Origin: an uncultured bacterium
GTDB lineage: Bacteria; Auribacterota; JAFGBW01
Assembly (NCBI GenBank): GCA_964443875.1
Contig: CAYUET010000012.1
Location: forward strand, 12,778 to 76,777
Direction: 5' to 3'
DNA length: 64,000 nt
Shown piece by piece: positions 18,470 through 28,659 of this stretch. Position 1 is the stretch's first letter, and every line of letters starts with the position of its first letter. Both the position numbers and the translations under genes were made by a program. The notes beneath the pieces were generated by a model. It was not told the DNA's origin. It made no database searches and saw nothing but the letters and a program-made list of their open reading frames with translations.

Positions 18470-20692
18470 TTAAGCAGAAGTCTTTTCCTTAAGGACGGCG
18501 AGCTTGCTTTCAAGATCTGAATAACGGTTTTGAATCTGGCTGTTTTTCACAGCAATATAAAGCGCTTTTTTGGTGCCGATCAGAACCACCAGTTTTTTTC
18601 CACGGGTGACGGCTGTGTAAAGCAGATTTCTCTGAAGCATGGTGTAATGATGTGTTGTAATGGGGATTACCACAGCCCCGTATTCTGAACCCTGTGATTT
18701 ATGGATGGTGATGGCATAGGATAGAAGTATGTCATCCATTTCCGCATAACTGTATTCGACGATTCTCTGTTCAAAACGGATGAAGACAATCTGATTTTCA
18801 TCGTCGATGCTTTCGATAAAACCCATGTCCCCATTGAAAATGTCCTTCTCATAATTATTGGAGGTCTGCATGACTTTATCGCCCACAGCAATATTCAGAT
18901 GCCTTCGTACCTGAATTTTAGGATTGGGATTAAGTCTTTTCTGCAGGAGGAGATTAAGATTGGTAACGCCCATATCTGTTTTGTGCATGGGGGTTAATAC
19001 CTGGACGTCTTTGGTGGGATTAAACCCGAATCCCTGGGGTATTCTTTCACACACAACTTCCTCAAGGGTAGCGACAATAGAAGCAGGATCTTCTTTTTCA
19101 ATAAAGAAAAAATTACCTTCCCTGGCATTGTTGAGATCAAGATTTTCTCCGCGGTTGATGCGGTGTGCATTCAGGATGATTTCTGAACCTTCGGCCTGCC
19201 TGAAAATGGTATCCAGGCAAATGAAGGGAACGGCATTGGAATGAATCACATCTGTCAGGACTTTCCCGGGGCCTACAGAAGGCAGCTGATCCCTGTCGCC
19301 GATCAGAATGAAGACGGCCTGAGGGGGAATGGCTTCCATGAGATGATACATTAATAGAATGTCGATCATGGAGGCTTCGTCGATAATAACGGCCTCAGTT
19401 TCAAGAGGGTTTCCGTCGTTGCGGTTAAAAACGTTGAATTTGGGATTGTATTCCAGAAGGCGGTGGATGGTTTTTGCCTCACAGCCTGTGGATTCGGCAA
19501 GACGTTTGGAAGCACGGCCTGTGGGGGCTGCCAGAAGAAAAGTAAAATGATGATTTTTAAAGATATCCACTAAAGTTCGGATAATCGTGGTTTTACCTGT
19601 TCCGGGGCCTCCGGTTATAACCAGTGTTTTTTGTGAAAGACCGAGAGCCAGTGCCTGTTTCTGGGCCGGAGAAAACTGCATTCCGATACGTTCCTCTTCC
19701 ATTAAGATCTCTTTTTCAGGATCAGGAATGGCAAAGGGGCTCTTCGCGTTCATGAGCCTTTCATAATGGCTTACCACTCCCTCTTCGGCTTTAAGGAGCT
19801 GGGTAGGGTAAACGGCATCTTGATGGTGTGATGTTTTTCTCTGAATCAGGCTTCCTTTGGCTAAAAGCCTGGCTATTCCCTCTTTTAAGAGCTCTTCGGA
19901 ACACTTCAAAAAAAGAAGAGCTGTTTTTTTCAGATCCTCCATGGGGATATACACATGCCCTTCCTCAGTCATTTTCCCAATGGCATGAAGAATTCCGGCC
20001 TCAATACGCATGGGCGAATCTTCAGGAATACCCATGGCCTGTGAAATTTTGTCTGCGGAAATAAATCCGATTCCGCTGACTTCTGTGGCGAGTCGGTAAG
20101 GATTGCTTTTGACGACATCAATGGAAGTAAATCCATACTGTTTGAAAATTTTAGAGGCATAGGCTGCACTGATATCATAGCTTTGCAGAAACATCATGAT
20201 ATCTCTGACCGCATAGTGTTCCTTCCAGCCTGCCACCAATTTTACAATCCGTTTTTCCCCGAGCCCTCTGACTTCATTCAGACGCTCCGGGTGTTCCGAA
20301 ATGATTTTAAGCGTGTCCTGGCCAAAGGTGGAAACAATACGTTCTGCATATCCTTTTCCGATTCCATGAATAAGACCTGAGGAGAGAAAATTAATCAGTC
20401 CTTTTTCTGTAGAGGGATAAATAATGCGGAATTTTTTGACCTTGAATTGTTCCCCGAACCGGGGGTCTTCCATCCATTCGCCTGTAAACTGAAAGTTTTC
20501 TCCGGGCTGGAGACCGCCCAGGTAGCCTACGGCCACAGAACTCTTATTTGACATTTCCGGAAGAAAACGGACTACGGTATAATCATTTTCTTCGTTCAGA
20601 AAGATGATGCGCTCAATCGTCCCGTTGATAACCGTTTCTGTCTCAGCGTCTGTTGTTGAGGGAGGGGGAGTCTTCTTGCCGTGGCCTTTCAA
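18470..20692 (-). CDS. recD2: RecD2-like ATP-dependent DNA helicase (SF1B, RecD/TraA family)
   Basis: Walker A ITGGPGTGKTT, N-terminal OB/HhH region and C-terminal SH3-like region. 740 aa is typical of RecD2. Confidence 0.85.
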   Translation of the reverse strand: MKGHGKKTPPPSTTDAETETVINGTIERIIFLNEENDYTVVRFLPEMSNKSSVAVGYLGGLQPGENFQFTGEWMEDPRFGEQFKVKKFRIIYPSTEKGLINFLSSGLIHGIGKGYAERIVSTFGQDTLKIISEHPERLNEVRGLGEKRIVKLVAGWKEHYAVRDIMMFLQSYDISAAYASKIFKQYGFTSIDVVKSNPYRLATEVSGIGFISADKISQAMGIPEDSPMRIEAGILHAIGKMTEEGHVYIPMEDLKKTALLFLKCSEELLKEGIARLLAKGSLIQRKTSHHQDAVYPTQLLKAEEGVVSHYERLMNAKSPFAIPDPEKEILMEEERIGMQFSPAQKQALALGLSQKTLVITGGPGTGKTTIIRTLVDIFKNHHFTFLLAAPTGRASKRLAESTGCEAKTIHRLLEYNPKFNVFNRNDGNPLETEAVIIDEASMIDILLMYHLMEAIPPQAVFILIGDRDQLPSVGPGKVLTDVIHSNAVPFICLDTIFRQAEGSEIILNAHRINRGENLDLNNAREGNFFFIEKEDPASIVATLEEVVCERIPQGFGFNPTKDVQVLTPMHKTDMGVTNLNLLLQKRLNPNPKIQVRRHLNIAVGDKVMQTSNNYEKDIFNGDMGFIESIDDENQIVFIRFEQRIVEYSYAEMDDILLSYAITIHKSQGSEYGAVVIPITTHHYTMLQRNLLYTAVTRGKKLVVLIGTKKALYIAVKNSQIQNRYSDLESKLAVLKEKTSA

Positions 20693-20701
20693 TTCAGTTC
20701 C

Positions 20702-21568
20702 TTAATCCCCTTGTAAATATTTTTTCAAAAGCTCAAAGAGCCTGATTTTGGGTTCGCCTGTAAGTGTCCTGGGGTCAGTGATCATGGCGGTTTTAAGTGT
20801 TTCCTGGCAAGTACAGGATTCCATGTCGTGATCCAGATCTTTAAGCACAGCGGCAATGATTTTTTTGGCATTGTCCGCGTTATCTTTGAGAACTTTAATG
20901 ATCATATCCGTCGTGACATGGGCCTCATCTTCTTTCCAGCAGTCATAGTCTGTTACAAACGCAAGGGTGGTGTAGCAGATTTCAGCTTCACGGGCAAGTC
21001 TTGCTTCGGAGAGATTCGTCATGCCGATTACATCAAAGCCCAGGCTTCGGTAGTAATTTGATTCCGCACGTGTGGAAAATTGGGGCCCTTCCATATTGAC
21101 ATAGGTTCCTTTGGCATGGAAAGTGCCGGGCAGGGACTGGGCTGATTTGAGAATGGTTTTCCGCATGGCAGGGCAAACCGGGTCCCCGAAGGCGGCATGG
21201 GCCACAAAACCTTTTCCGAAGAAGGTCTGGGGTCTTTTGTTCGTGCGGTCAAAAAACTGATCAATAATCACAACATCCCGGGGCTTCAGATTTTCCCGGA
21301 GAGACCCTACCGCACTCACGGAGATGATTTTTCCAACCCCCAGTTTTTTCATGCCGAAAATATTAGCTCTGTAGTTGATTTCCGAGGGAAGAAACTGATG
21401 ATGTCTTCCGTGTCTCGGCAGAAAAACAACTTCTTTGCCGCTGATTTCGCCAAGAGCAAATTCATCTGAGGGGATCCCGAAAGGGGTGTCTATAGGGATA
21501 TATTGAATAGATCCTTCAAAAAGAGAGTATAGTCCGCTTCCTCCGATTACGCCGATTCTTGAGCTCAT
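20702..21568 (-). CDS. mtnP: S-methyl-5'-thioadenosine phosphorylase
   Basis: MSSRIGVIGGSGLYSL N-terminus, PNP/MTAP fold motifs (GMTNLSEARLAREAEICY) and an MTAP-type C-terminal Cys cluster. Confidence 0.85.
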   Translation of the reverse strand: MSSRIGVIGGSGLYSLFEGSIQYIPIDTPFGIPSDEFALGEISGKEVVFLPRHGRHHQFLPSEINYRANIFGMKKLGVGKIISVSAVGSLRENLKPRDVVIIDQFFDRTNKRPQTFFGKGFVAHAAFGDPVCPAMRKTILKSAQSLPGTFHAKGTYVNMEGPQFSTRAESNYYRSLGFDVIGMTNLSEARLAREAEICYTTLAFVTDYDCWKEDEAHVTTDMIIKVLKDNADNAKKIIAAVLKDLDHDMESCTCQETLKTAMITDPRTLTGEPKIRLFELLKKYLQGD

Positions 21569-21685
21569 AGTATCCTCGCTTTTTTAGGTGAGAGGGTTAT
21601 TTTGATCTATTGGTGATATAGTGAATTTTTGGCATCAAGAAAAGCAATATTTATATTTTTGAAAAGGGTTGAACTGGTTTTAATT

Positions 21686-22369
21686 CTATTTTTCCATGCG
21701 ATAAATGGAAAAACATCCCCCGTATTGGCCGAGTTGTTTAATGTTTTTAAAAGCACTCTGATGAATCAGGGTTCTGAAAAGTCCGTGGAGGTTTTCCCCT
21801 ATTTCCGGCTGCCTGAAAAATGATTCAGCCATTCCCCCGTAGATTTTTCCGAAAAGGTTATAGGGAATATCCATGTCGCAGAGAACAAATACCCCGGAAG
21901 GCTTGAGAATCCTCCATATTTCATTTAAAGTTTTCGCTTTATCCTCGCTGTTCTGATGGTGAAAGAAAAAGGTGCTGACTGCTTTTTCAAAGGTTTCATC
22001 TTTGTAGGGGAGAGCTTCTGCAAGACCGATATCGAAACGGCAGGGATTGTTTTTTATTTTTGTTCTCGCCTTTTCAATCATGGAAGGTGCAGCATCAATA
22101 CCTATGACTCCGCCTTTATCAATCGCACAAAAAGAGACTGCTTTAAGTGAGGCCTCCCCGGTTGCGCATCCTATGTCTAAAATGAGGTCTTCGGGTTGAA
22201 TAGCGAGAAGTTCTACACTTTTTTGATTTAAACGACGTTCCAATCCCAGGGTCATGGCGTTACTAAGCCAGTCATAAACAGGAGCCGCATAATGAAGTGT
22301 TCTTCCGCGGGTTTGAGGAGGGTTTTTGGGGTCTGGGACAGGGGGGATGGAGTGGAGTATGCTGTTCAA
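21686..22369 (-). CDS. class I SAM-dependent methyltransferase (UbiE/COQ5-like)
   Basis: Motif I LDIGCATGE and motif post-I VIGIDAAPSM. 227 aa. Confidence 0.7.
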   Translation of the reverse strand: MNSILHSIPPVPDPKNPPQTRGRTLHYAAPVYDWLSNAMTLGLERRLNQKSVELLAIQPEDLILDIGCATGEASLKAVSFCAIDKGGVIGIDAAPSMIEKARTKIKNNPCRFDIGLAEALPYKDETFEKAVSTFFFHHQNSEDKAKTLNEIWRILKPSGVFVLCDMDIPYNLFGKIYGGMAESFFRQPEIGENLHGLFRTLIHQSAFKNIKQLGQYGGCFSIYRMEK

Positions 22370-22374
22370 GTTTT

Positions 22375-23346
22375 TTATTTCCTCAGAGGAACTTTGAGAA
22401 GGGTGAATATCAGATTAATCCAGCCCTCCATCTCTGAGGGCATGAGCTGCATACCGATTGCATTGAAGGATTCAAAAGATTTGTAGAAAAATTCCTCGCA
22501 CTGCCAGGTGGCTTTTTCAAAGGTGTCCGGATATTTTTCCCAGGAAGTCCATTCATTCTCTTTGTTTTTTCGGAGTTCCTCCAGCCATTTTTTCTGCCCC
22601 AGCCTGTCCGCTTCCAGAGAAACAAGATAGTTGTGACGGCCCTGAATCAGATCCAGAGGCATGTCTTTCGCATCGTCCAGAATCTGGCAGGCATGTCCGA
22701 AATATTGGAGGGCTTCCTTTGCCTTCTGGAGAAGCGCGGGATCGACGGATTCTAAAAGTTCGGGAATCCCTAATGGGGCGGAAAAAAGCAGGGCCGTTTT
22801 TTCCAGATGGATTTTACTTAAGATGTCAAAGGGGTGAAGAATTTCAACAGGGCGGATTTCCTCTTCACATTCTTCCAGGGCACAGGGGACTAAAAGACGA
22901 AAGGAATGGGTGTGTACTTTTGTTATCAGTCCGGGGGTATTGAATTTTTCAGTCATGAACCGGGTAAGTGCTCTGTCTGTTAATAAGAGGGTGAAAACCG
23001 AAGGAATGCGGCTGCCTTTTTCCTTTATGGCAAAAGGGAAAATGGTTTTGTATTCATCATCCAGCAGGTTATCGCAGCCAGTCACCCAGGCTCTCATGCA
23101 TTGATTGATAAACGCATAGAGAGGGATAAAGGAGCTTTCTTTGAAAAGATGAAGAATAACCGATAAAAAAAGACAGCTGAACATATTTTTTTCAGGAGAT
23201 TTAAACTCAGGAGGCAAAAGGCCTATGGGGCAGGCATCCCCCGAGATATCACGGACTATAGTGTGAAATTCCTCCAGCGACTGAAGATGAACCTCCAGGG
23301 CATGATGATAGAGATCTTTTCTTAAGAGAAGCTGAATGTTTTGCAT
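22375..23346 (-). CDS. hypothetical protein with trans-isoprenyl-diphosphate-synthase-like Asp-rich motifs (LLDDEY and GHACQILDDAKD)
   Basis: The second motif fits the GxxFQxxDDxxD consensus of class I isoprenoid synthases. The first motif is degenerate. 323 aa, all-helical composition. Confidence 0.3.
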   Translation of the reverse strand: MQNIQLLLRKDLYHHALEVHLQSLEEFHTIVRDISGDACPIGLLPPEFKSPEKNMFSCLFLSVILHLFKESSFIPLYAFINQCMRAWVTGCDNLLDDEYKTIFPFAIKEKGSRIPSVFTLLLTDRALTRFMTEKFNTPGLITKVHTHSFRLLVPCALEECEEEIRPVEILHPFDILSKIHLEKTALLFSAPLGIPELLESVDPALLQKAKEALQYFGHACQILDDAKDMPLDLIQGRHNYLVSLEADRLGQKKWLEELRKNKENEWTSWEKYPDTFEKATWQCEEFFYKSFESFNAIGMQLMPSEMEGWINLIFTLLKVPLRK

Positions 23347-23558
23347 GAGGAGTGAAGTATAGGAGAGAAATTAATATTTCGTAAAGCATTAATATCAAAG
23401 TAAAATCATAATGCAGCATTTGTCCACATGATCTGCAGCTATAGTGTGTTGAGATATCCGGTTAGACTCTTGAATTCAAAATTTTGCAATCTGTATGCGT
23501 CAGAGGATCCGGACTTTTATTTTTGAACACAATCGTATTGATTGAATTCTCTTAGCGT

Positions 23559-25988
23559 TTAGGCGGCTTTTCTAAAGTCATTTTCGCTTTTAATAGACAA
23601 AGCGTGAAGGACATTCTTTGTTTCAGAGAATTTTTCCATAAGAAAATTATAAAATTCTTTTTTTCTGGAGTCCCCCGCTGCATTTTGAAGGAGGGAACCT
23701 AAAAGTTCAGATATGTAGGCTGTGTTGGTATTAACCTGGTTCCACATCCAGAATTTTAGTTGAGTATCCTGGATTTGTTTAAGCAGCGGAGGGGGAGTAA
23801 CCTTACCGTCCTTGTCCATGCTCCCATAAAGATTCTGATAGGTGATATCTTTGATTTCTTTAGATTTTTCTTCATTAGTATTAGGATCAGGCTTCTCATA
23901 TCCGAAGTTTGTGGCCCCTCTGATCGTGCCGTCAGGCATTGTCCCCTGAAGGCATATTCGTCCAAGATTTTCGTAACCCTCTGACATGGAGCCGTCGGTT
24001 TGAACAACAAAATTGTTCATATCCCCCTTGAAAACGATCCAGTCCATTTTTTTATCCCTATATTTTTCCAAGTCGTTATGCCCCATAAACAGGCCAGCTC
24101 TTATTTTCCGTTGTTTGAAGGAATCGGTTCCTCCGGTAATCGAGGGAAGCGCTTTATGTCCACCGTAATCGATAAATTTCTGTATGGATTCAGGCTTGGC
24201 TGTTTTCTTGGTATCTGAATACCAGGCGTCAACAATACTCAGGATGTCTCCGATTTCCTGCCACATAATTTCACGCAATTTTTTAGACTCCTGAGGATTT
24301 TGCATCAGACCTATGAATTTTTGTCTGGAATATTGGGAGAAGAATTTCTGGACATTGTTTTGCATGGCCTCCAGAGCTTTAAGGCCTTTACGACCCTTAT
24401 AAGAGACATCGAAATCCTCTATTATGGGATTTTTATTTTCATCGAGAGTTTCCTTAACGGGTAAGATACTATGCCAGTGGAGATTCCCGAAAGGGTCAAT
24501 ATAAAAAAGTCTGAAGTGTCGGCCCACCCAGTAGGCATGTTCCAGCACCTCTTTATCTTTTGAATAGTCCTCCAGATTCAATGGGTAAAAAGTGAGTTCT
24601 GGAAAATGAGTCCCCCTGGATTCATTAAGGGCAATCATTTTTTTATTTCTGTCGGTAATCTGCTCATCAAGAAATTTCAAAGTTCCTTCCATAATGCCGG
24701 GCACGTCTTGTTTTTTACCCTCTCTTCTGCCTTTTGCGATGTCGGAATTGATTTTTTTGAGTCTTTTGACTTCCGGTTCAAGAAATTTCTCTCTGTAGTC
24801 CAAGATATCGATGGGGGCAAGAGCATCCTCTCCTTTAAGTTTGTATTTTTTATTGTAGGAATCAATCAGGGCATTGATTCTTTCCTGATTGAGTTCATCC
24901 ACTTCATTGGATCCCCATGCAGCATGGTAAACGGCTTCATGAGCCCAGTACGCCGGATGATTACTTGCTTCCTCGGCTGGGCCTTTGAATTCTCCTTTTT
25001 CAAACCATCCGGAAAATTGTTCAAGCTCATGAACCCCTAACACCCCCATCATACGCCAGAGATCATGGTTCCCGACAATAAATTTTCCGATGTGAAGTTC
25101 GCTTGTTAAATACTCCACTAGTCTGTGAGATTCTACAGGATATTTCCCGCGATCCGGGATGTCCGACATAGCTACAATCCGGATATATTTTTCCTGGGGT
25201 TTAATGTTGTTTTGTTCCAGGGCTTTTTTCAAATCCTTAACCGTAAAGAGGTTTTTATATTCACGGAGTCCGAGGGTATAGGCAATAAGAGGAATAAGGC
25301 GTCTGGCGCCCCCATGAATATCCGAAATTGCGGCAATGGTGGGGATTTTTCCGTCACCAGGATTCTTCAGTTCATTGAAAAACTGTTTATTAAGCCAGCA
25401 GAGCTCCAGAAGTTCTTTTTCCCCCTTGCCGAAGTTGAAAACAAAAGAGTCGAGAGAAAGGGTGAGGTTGACATGAGAGTTAAAAGCATCAAGGCTGGTG
25501 GCTTCTTCCTTGTTCATAAATTGATATTTGTTCTGAAACAGGAGATCAAACTGATGGTAACCCTCAGGGGTTAATTCTCCTTTTTCGTAAAAATATTGGG
25601 AATGTTCATCAAGTTCACTCCATTTTTGGATTTCTTCGAGCGTATGAAGGGCGAAAGGATCAACGCCCTCAAGGACTTTAAGTGCAAATGTAAAGCGGTC
25701 AGACAAGGGGTATTCCTGAATCTTATGTTTTAGAAAGATCAATCTGGCTTTTGTATGGAGATCTGTCTGAAGGATTTTATCCGTTCGGATTGTTTTTAGC
25801 CTGTTTTCATTATTTTGTTTCCATAAATCAAGTTCTTTGAGAGCCATTTCCAGGTTGGAGGGGTTTAGTGATTTTGGCGCAAGGCAGCATCGCCTCTCTG
25901 AATCGGCGTGCAGAAAATTGACAGGAAAAAACAGCATTCCTGTGAAAAAGAGAAGAAATAAGATGTGGATTTTATAAATTTTTTTCAT
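23559..25988 (-). CDS. large secreted calcineurin-like metallophosphoesterase domain protein
   Basis: Signal peptide. Metallophosphatase motifs SDIHGG, MSDIPDRG, VGNHDLW and GHxH-like. 809 aa with long flanking helical regions. Confidence 0.55.
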   Translation of the reverse strand: MKKIYKIHILFLLFFTGMLFFPVNFLHADSERRCCLAPKSLNPSNLEMALKELDLWKQNNENRLKTIRTDKILQTDLHTKARLIFLKHKIQEYPLSDRFTFALKVLEGVDPFALHTLEEIQKWSELDEHSQYFYEKGELTPEGYHQFDLLFQNKYQFMNKEEATSLDAFNSHVNLTLSLDSFVFNFGKGEKELLELCWLNKQFFNELKNPGDGKIPTIAAISDIHGGARRLIPLIAYTLGLREYKNLFTVKDLKKALEQNNIKPQEKYIRIVAMSDIPDRGKYPVESHRLVEYLTSELHIGKFIVGNHDLWRMMGVLGVHELEQFSGWFEKGEFKGPAEEASNHPAYWAHEAVYHAAWGSNEVDELNQERINALIDSYNKKYKLKGEDALAPIDILDYREKFLEPEVKRLKKINSDIAKGRREGKKQDVPGIMEGTLKFLDEQITDRNKKMIALNESRGTHFPELTFYPLNLEDYSKDKEVLEHAYWVGRHFRLFYIDPFGNLHWHSILPVKETLDENKNPIIEDFDVSYKGRKGLKALEAMQNNVQKFFSQYSRQKFIGLMQNPQESKKLREIMWQEIGDILSIVDAWYSDTKKTAKPESIQKFIDYGGHKALPSITGGTDSFKQRKIRAGLFMGHNDLEKYRDKKMDWIVFKGDMNNFVVQTDGSMSEGYENLGRICLQGTMPDGTIRGATNFGYEKPDPNTNEEKSKEIKDITYQNLYGSMDKDGKVTPPPLLKQIQDTQLKFWMWNQVNTNTAYISELLGSLLQNAAGDSRKKEFYNFLMEKFSETKNVLHALSIKSENDFRKAA

Positions 25989-26145
25989 TTTTAAGCATTC
26001 TATGAAAACAATTTACCTGATTTCAGGAATAAATCAAGGGGGAGGTGAATTTTAGAAAAATCCGGAAAGATGTTTTTGTGTTTCCCAATCCGTCAATAAA
26101 TAGGTAGAATCAATTCTTATAAACCATTTATCAAGAGGAGGAAGC

Positions 26146-27060
26146 ATGGATAGGAGAGCGGCCTTTATCATTTCCCTCATCATGGCGGTGATCGCCGTCC
26201 TGATGGTTAAAACCTACATCAATAATCAGAAGGTGAAAGCCACAAAAAATCTGGATCTTGTCACCGTGGTTGTGGCGGGTAAAACGATCCAAAAAGGGGC
26301 ATCCTTATCTGAATCCAATCTTAAAACAGGGCAGTTTCCTGAAAAATATGTCGGGGAAAGGGAAGTCCGCGCGGACAATGTTTCCATGATTTTAGGTAAA
26401 AAGGTCATTAATAATCTGGAAGAGGGCAAGCCGGTCTTATGGTCGGATGTGGAGCTTGAGAAAAGTGAAGGCTTTGCCTCTGTGATTAAGGCCGGAATGA
26501 GAGCGGTAACCGTTCCTGTTTCCAGTCTCTCCTCCATCAGCAATATGATACGCCCGGGTTCCCGTGTGGACCTCCTTTTAACTTTCGATAAATCACGTAT
26601 CGAAGCTAAAAAAGAGGATGCCAGAAAGGATTCCGGAGAGGTTGTTCCGGATATGAAGAACATTCAGGCTTTCCGGGAGTATCTGATGCAGAAATACACG
26701 AAGCCCGGAGAGTCCAGTCAGATGACCGTCCTTTTAAAACAGAATGTTCTGGTTTTGGCTGTGGGGCAAAAGTATATGGGAGATGAAATGCCATCGAGAA
26801 AGCAGGACAGTTACTCGGAAGTGACTCTGCTGGCGACGCCCGCTGCCGCCCAGGAACTGGTGCATGCGCTGACCATGGGGCAGATTTCCTTTATTTTGCG
26901 TAATGATACGGATGTGGAAAAAAATGTGGTCACTCCCTCAACGGATGATTCGGTTTTCAGGTCTGCCATTACGGCCTCCATTTCTCAGACAGGGGAAGAG
27001 GTTTCTGAAGCCAAACCGGCTGAGTCTGACGGGCAGAGCGTTCAGCCGGAAGTTCAATAA
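26146..27060 (+). CDS. cpaB: Flp/Tad pilus assembly protein CpaB (RcpC-like, SAF domain)
   Basis: N-terminal TM anchor, then VVVAGKTIQKGASLSESNLK (SAF) and a CpaB C-domain, followed by an acidic Ser/Thr-rich tail. RBS AGGAGG. Confidence 0.75.
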   Translation: MDRRAAFIISLIMAVIAVLMVKTYINNQKVKATKNLDLVTVVVAGKTIQKGASLSESNLKTGQFPEKYVGEREVRADNVSMILGKKVINNLEEGKPVLWSDVELEKSEGFASVIKAGMRAVTVPVSSLSSISNMIRPGSRVDLLLTFDKSRIEAKKEDARKDSGEVVPDMKNIQAFREYLMQKYTKPGESSQMTVLLKQNVLVLAVGQKYMGDEMPSRKQDSYSEVTLLATPAAAQELVHALTMGQISFILRNDTDVEKNVVTPSTDDSVFRSAITASISQTGEEVSEAKPAESDGQSVQPEVQ

Positions 27061-27064
27061 TTTT

Positions 27065-28642
27065 ATGGCATTCCTTCTGTTCAGGGATAATACACGGACG
27101 GATTTGACCAGCCTTCTTCCCGGTCAGGAAAAGGTATTCGGTTCCGCCTATGATTGTGATATCCAGTCTTTTGAGGCAAAGGTCGCAGAACGTCATGTGG
27201 TTTTTTTTAAACAGGGAGAGGATTATTACCTGAAACCCTTTTCCAAAAAAAATTCATTTTTTATTCAGGACAGGGAAGAAAATAATGAAACGCTTCTTAA
27301 ACATAAGGATGTGATCCGCATCGGAGAAGACCGCCTGGAGTTTTATCTCCGTGAGCCTGATCAGGGGACTCCGGAGGAACGAAAAGATCAGCTTAAAATG
27401 AAGCTTCACAAATTTCTTCTGGAGAGAATCAATTTAAAAAAGATCCGCAGCGGAGACGACAGTCTGAAAACTAAGGCCCTGGAGATCATTGAACAGCTTA
27501 TTAATGAATTTGAGACGGAGATCATAAAGCTTTGCCCGAAAGAAGTTTTTAAAAAAGAGATCACAAATGAGGCCTTAGGGCTTGGTATTCTGGAGGAGTT
27601 TCTTTCAGATCCGGAAATAACGGAAATCATGGTTAAAAATGCCAGAACGATTTATCTGGAAAAGAAGGGTAAACTTCAGCCTGCACAGAAGACCTTTTTA
27701 AACAATGAGCAGCTTTTGGGAGTCATTGAGCGGATTGTGTCACCCCTGGGCCGCAGAATAGACGAAAGCTCTCCCATTGTGGACGCCCGTTTGTCTGATG
27801 GGTCCCGTGTGAATGCGGTCATCCCGCCTATCGCTCTCGACGGTCCTGCGCTCACCATCCGTAAATTTTCGAAAACCCCTTTCAAGGTTCCTGATCTGAT
27901 CCGATTCGGAGCCTTAACTGAAGACATGGCGGCTCTCATTGGCCTTGCCGTTAAGTACCGTCAGAACATCGTTATTTCAGGGGGAACAGGATCAGGAAAA
28001 ACCACCCTTCTCAACGTGTCGGCTTCCTTTATTCCTTGCGATGAACGTATTGTAACCATTGAAGATTCAGCGGAGCTTCAGCTTCCCCAGGATCATGTTA
28101 TCCGACTGGAGGCAAGACCAGCCAATATAGAGGGCAGGGGACGCATCAGCATCCGGGATCTGGTGATTAATTCTCTGCGTATGCGTCCTGATCGCGTGGT
28201 GGTAGGCGAATGCCGCGGCGGTGAATCTCTGGACATGCTTCAGGCCATGAATACGGGGCATGACGGTTCCATGACCACGCTTCACGCGAACGCCCCCAAG
28301 GATGCCCTGGCAAGGCTTGAAACCATGGTCCTTATGTCCGGCATGGAGCTTCCTTCACGGGCTATCCGCGAACAGATCGCCATGGCCGTGAATATCATCA
28401 TTCAACAGGCCCGGCTTGCGGACGGTCAGCGCAAGATTACCCATATCACGGAGATTACAGGGATTGATGAAACGGAAATACATTATGAGCATATTGTCCT
28501 TTTCCGTCAGACCGGAATTTCTCCGGATGGAAAAATTTTGGGACAGCATGAGTTTACAGGTTATATTCCCCGGTTTATAAAAGTTCTTCAGGAAAAGGGA
28601 ATAGAGATGCCTATGAATCTTTTTGCTCAGAAACCAGCCTGA
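27065..28642 (+). CDS. cpaF: Tad secretion ATPase CpaF/TadA with N-terminal FHA-like domain
   Basis: Walker A GGTGSGKTT and the T2SS-E family signature. The N-terminal ~100 aa (DYYLKPFSKKNSFFIQDREENNETLLKHKDVIRIGEDRLEF) resemble an FHA fold. The track ORF begins at 26903, but the in-frame ATG at 27065 follows the cpaB stop. Confidence 0.85.
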   Translation: MAFLLFRDNTRTDLTSLLPGQEKVFGSAYDCDIQSFEAKVAERHVVFFKQGEDYYLKPFSKKNSFFIQDREENNETLLKHKDVIRIGEDRLEFYLREPDQGTPEERKDQLKMKLHKFLLERINLKKIRSGDDSLKTKALEIIEQLINEFETEIIKLCPKEVFKKEITNEALGLGILEEFLSDPEITEIMVKNARTIYLEKKGKLQPAQKTFLNNEQLLGVIERIVSPLGRRIDESSPIVDARLSDGSRVNAVIPPIALDGPALTIRKFSKTPFKVPDLIRFGALTEDMAALIGLAVKYRQNIVISGGTGSGKTTLLNVSASFIPCDERIVTIEDSAELQLPQDHVIRLEARPANIEGRGRISIRDLVINSLRMRPDRVVVGECRGGESLDMLQAMNTGHDGSMTTLHANAPKDALARLETMVLMSGMELPSRAIREQIAMAVNIIIQQARLADGQRKITHITEITGIDETEIHYEHIVLFRQTGISPDGKILGQHEFTGYIPRFIKVLQEKGIEMPMNLFAQKPA

Positions 28643-28659
28643 AAGAAAAGGAGGAACGC

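Noticed and set aside
26903-27064. N-terminal extension of the cpaF ORF overlapping cpaB
   Set aside because: It overlaps the cpaB 3' end in another frame. The in-frame ATG at 27065 directly follows the cpaB stop.
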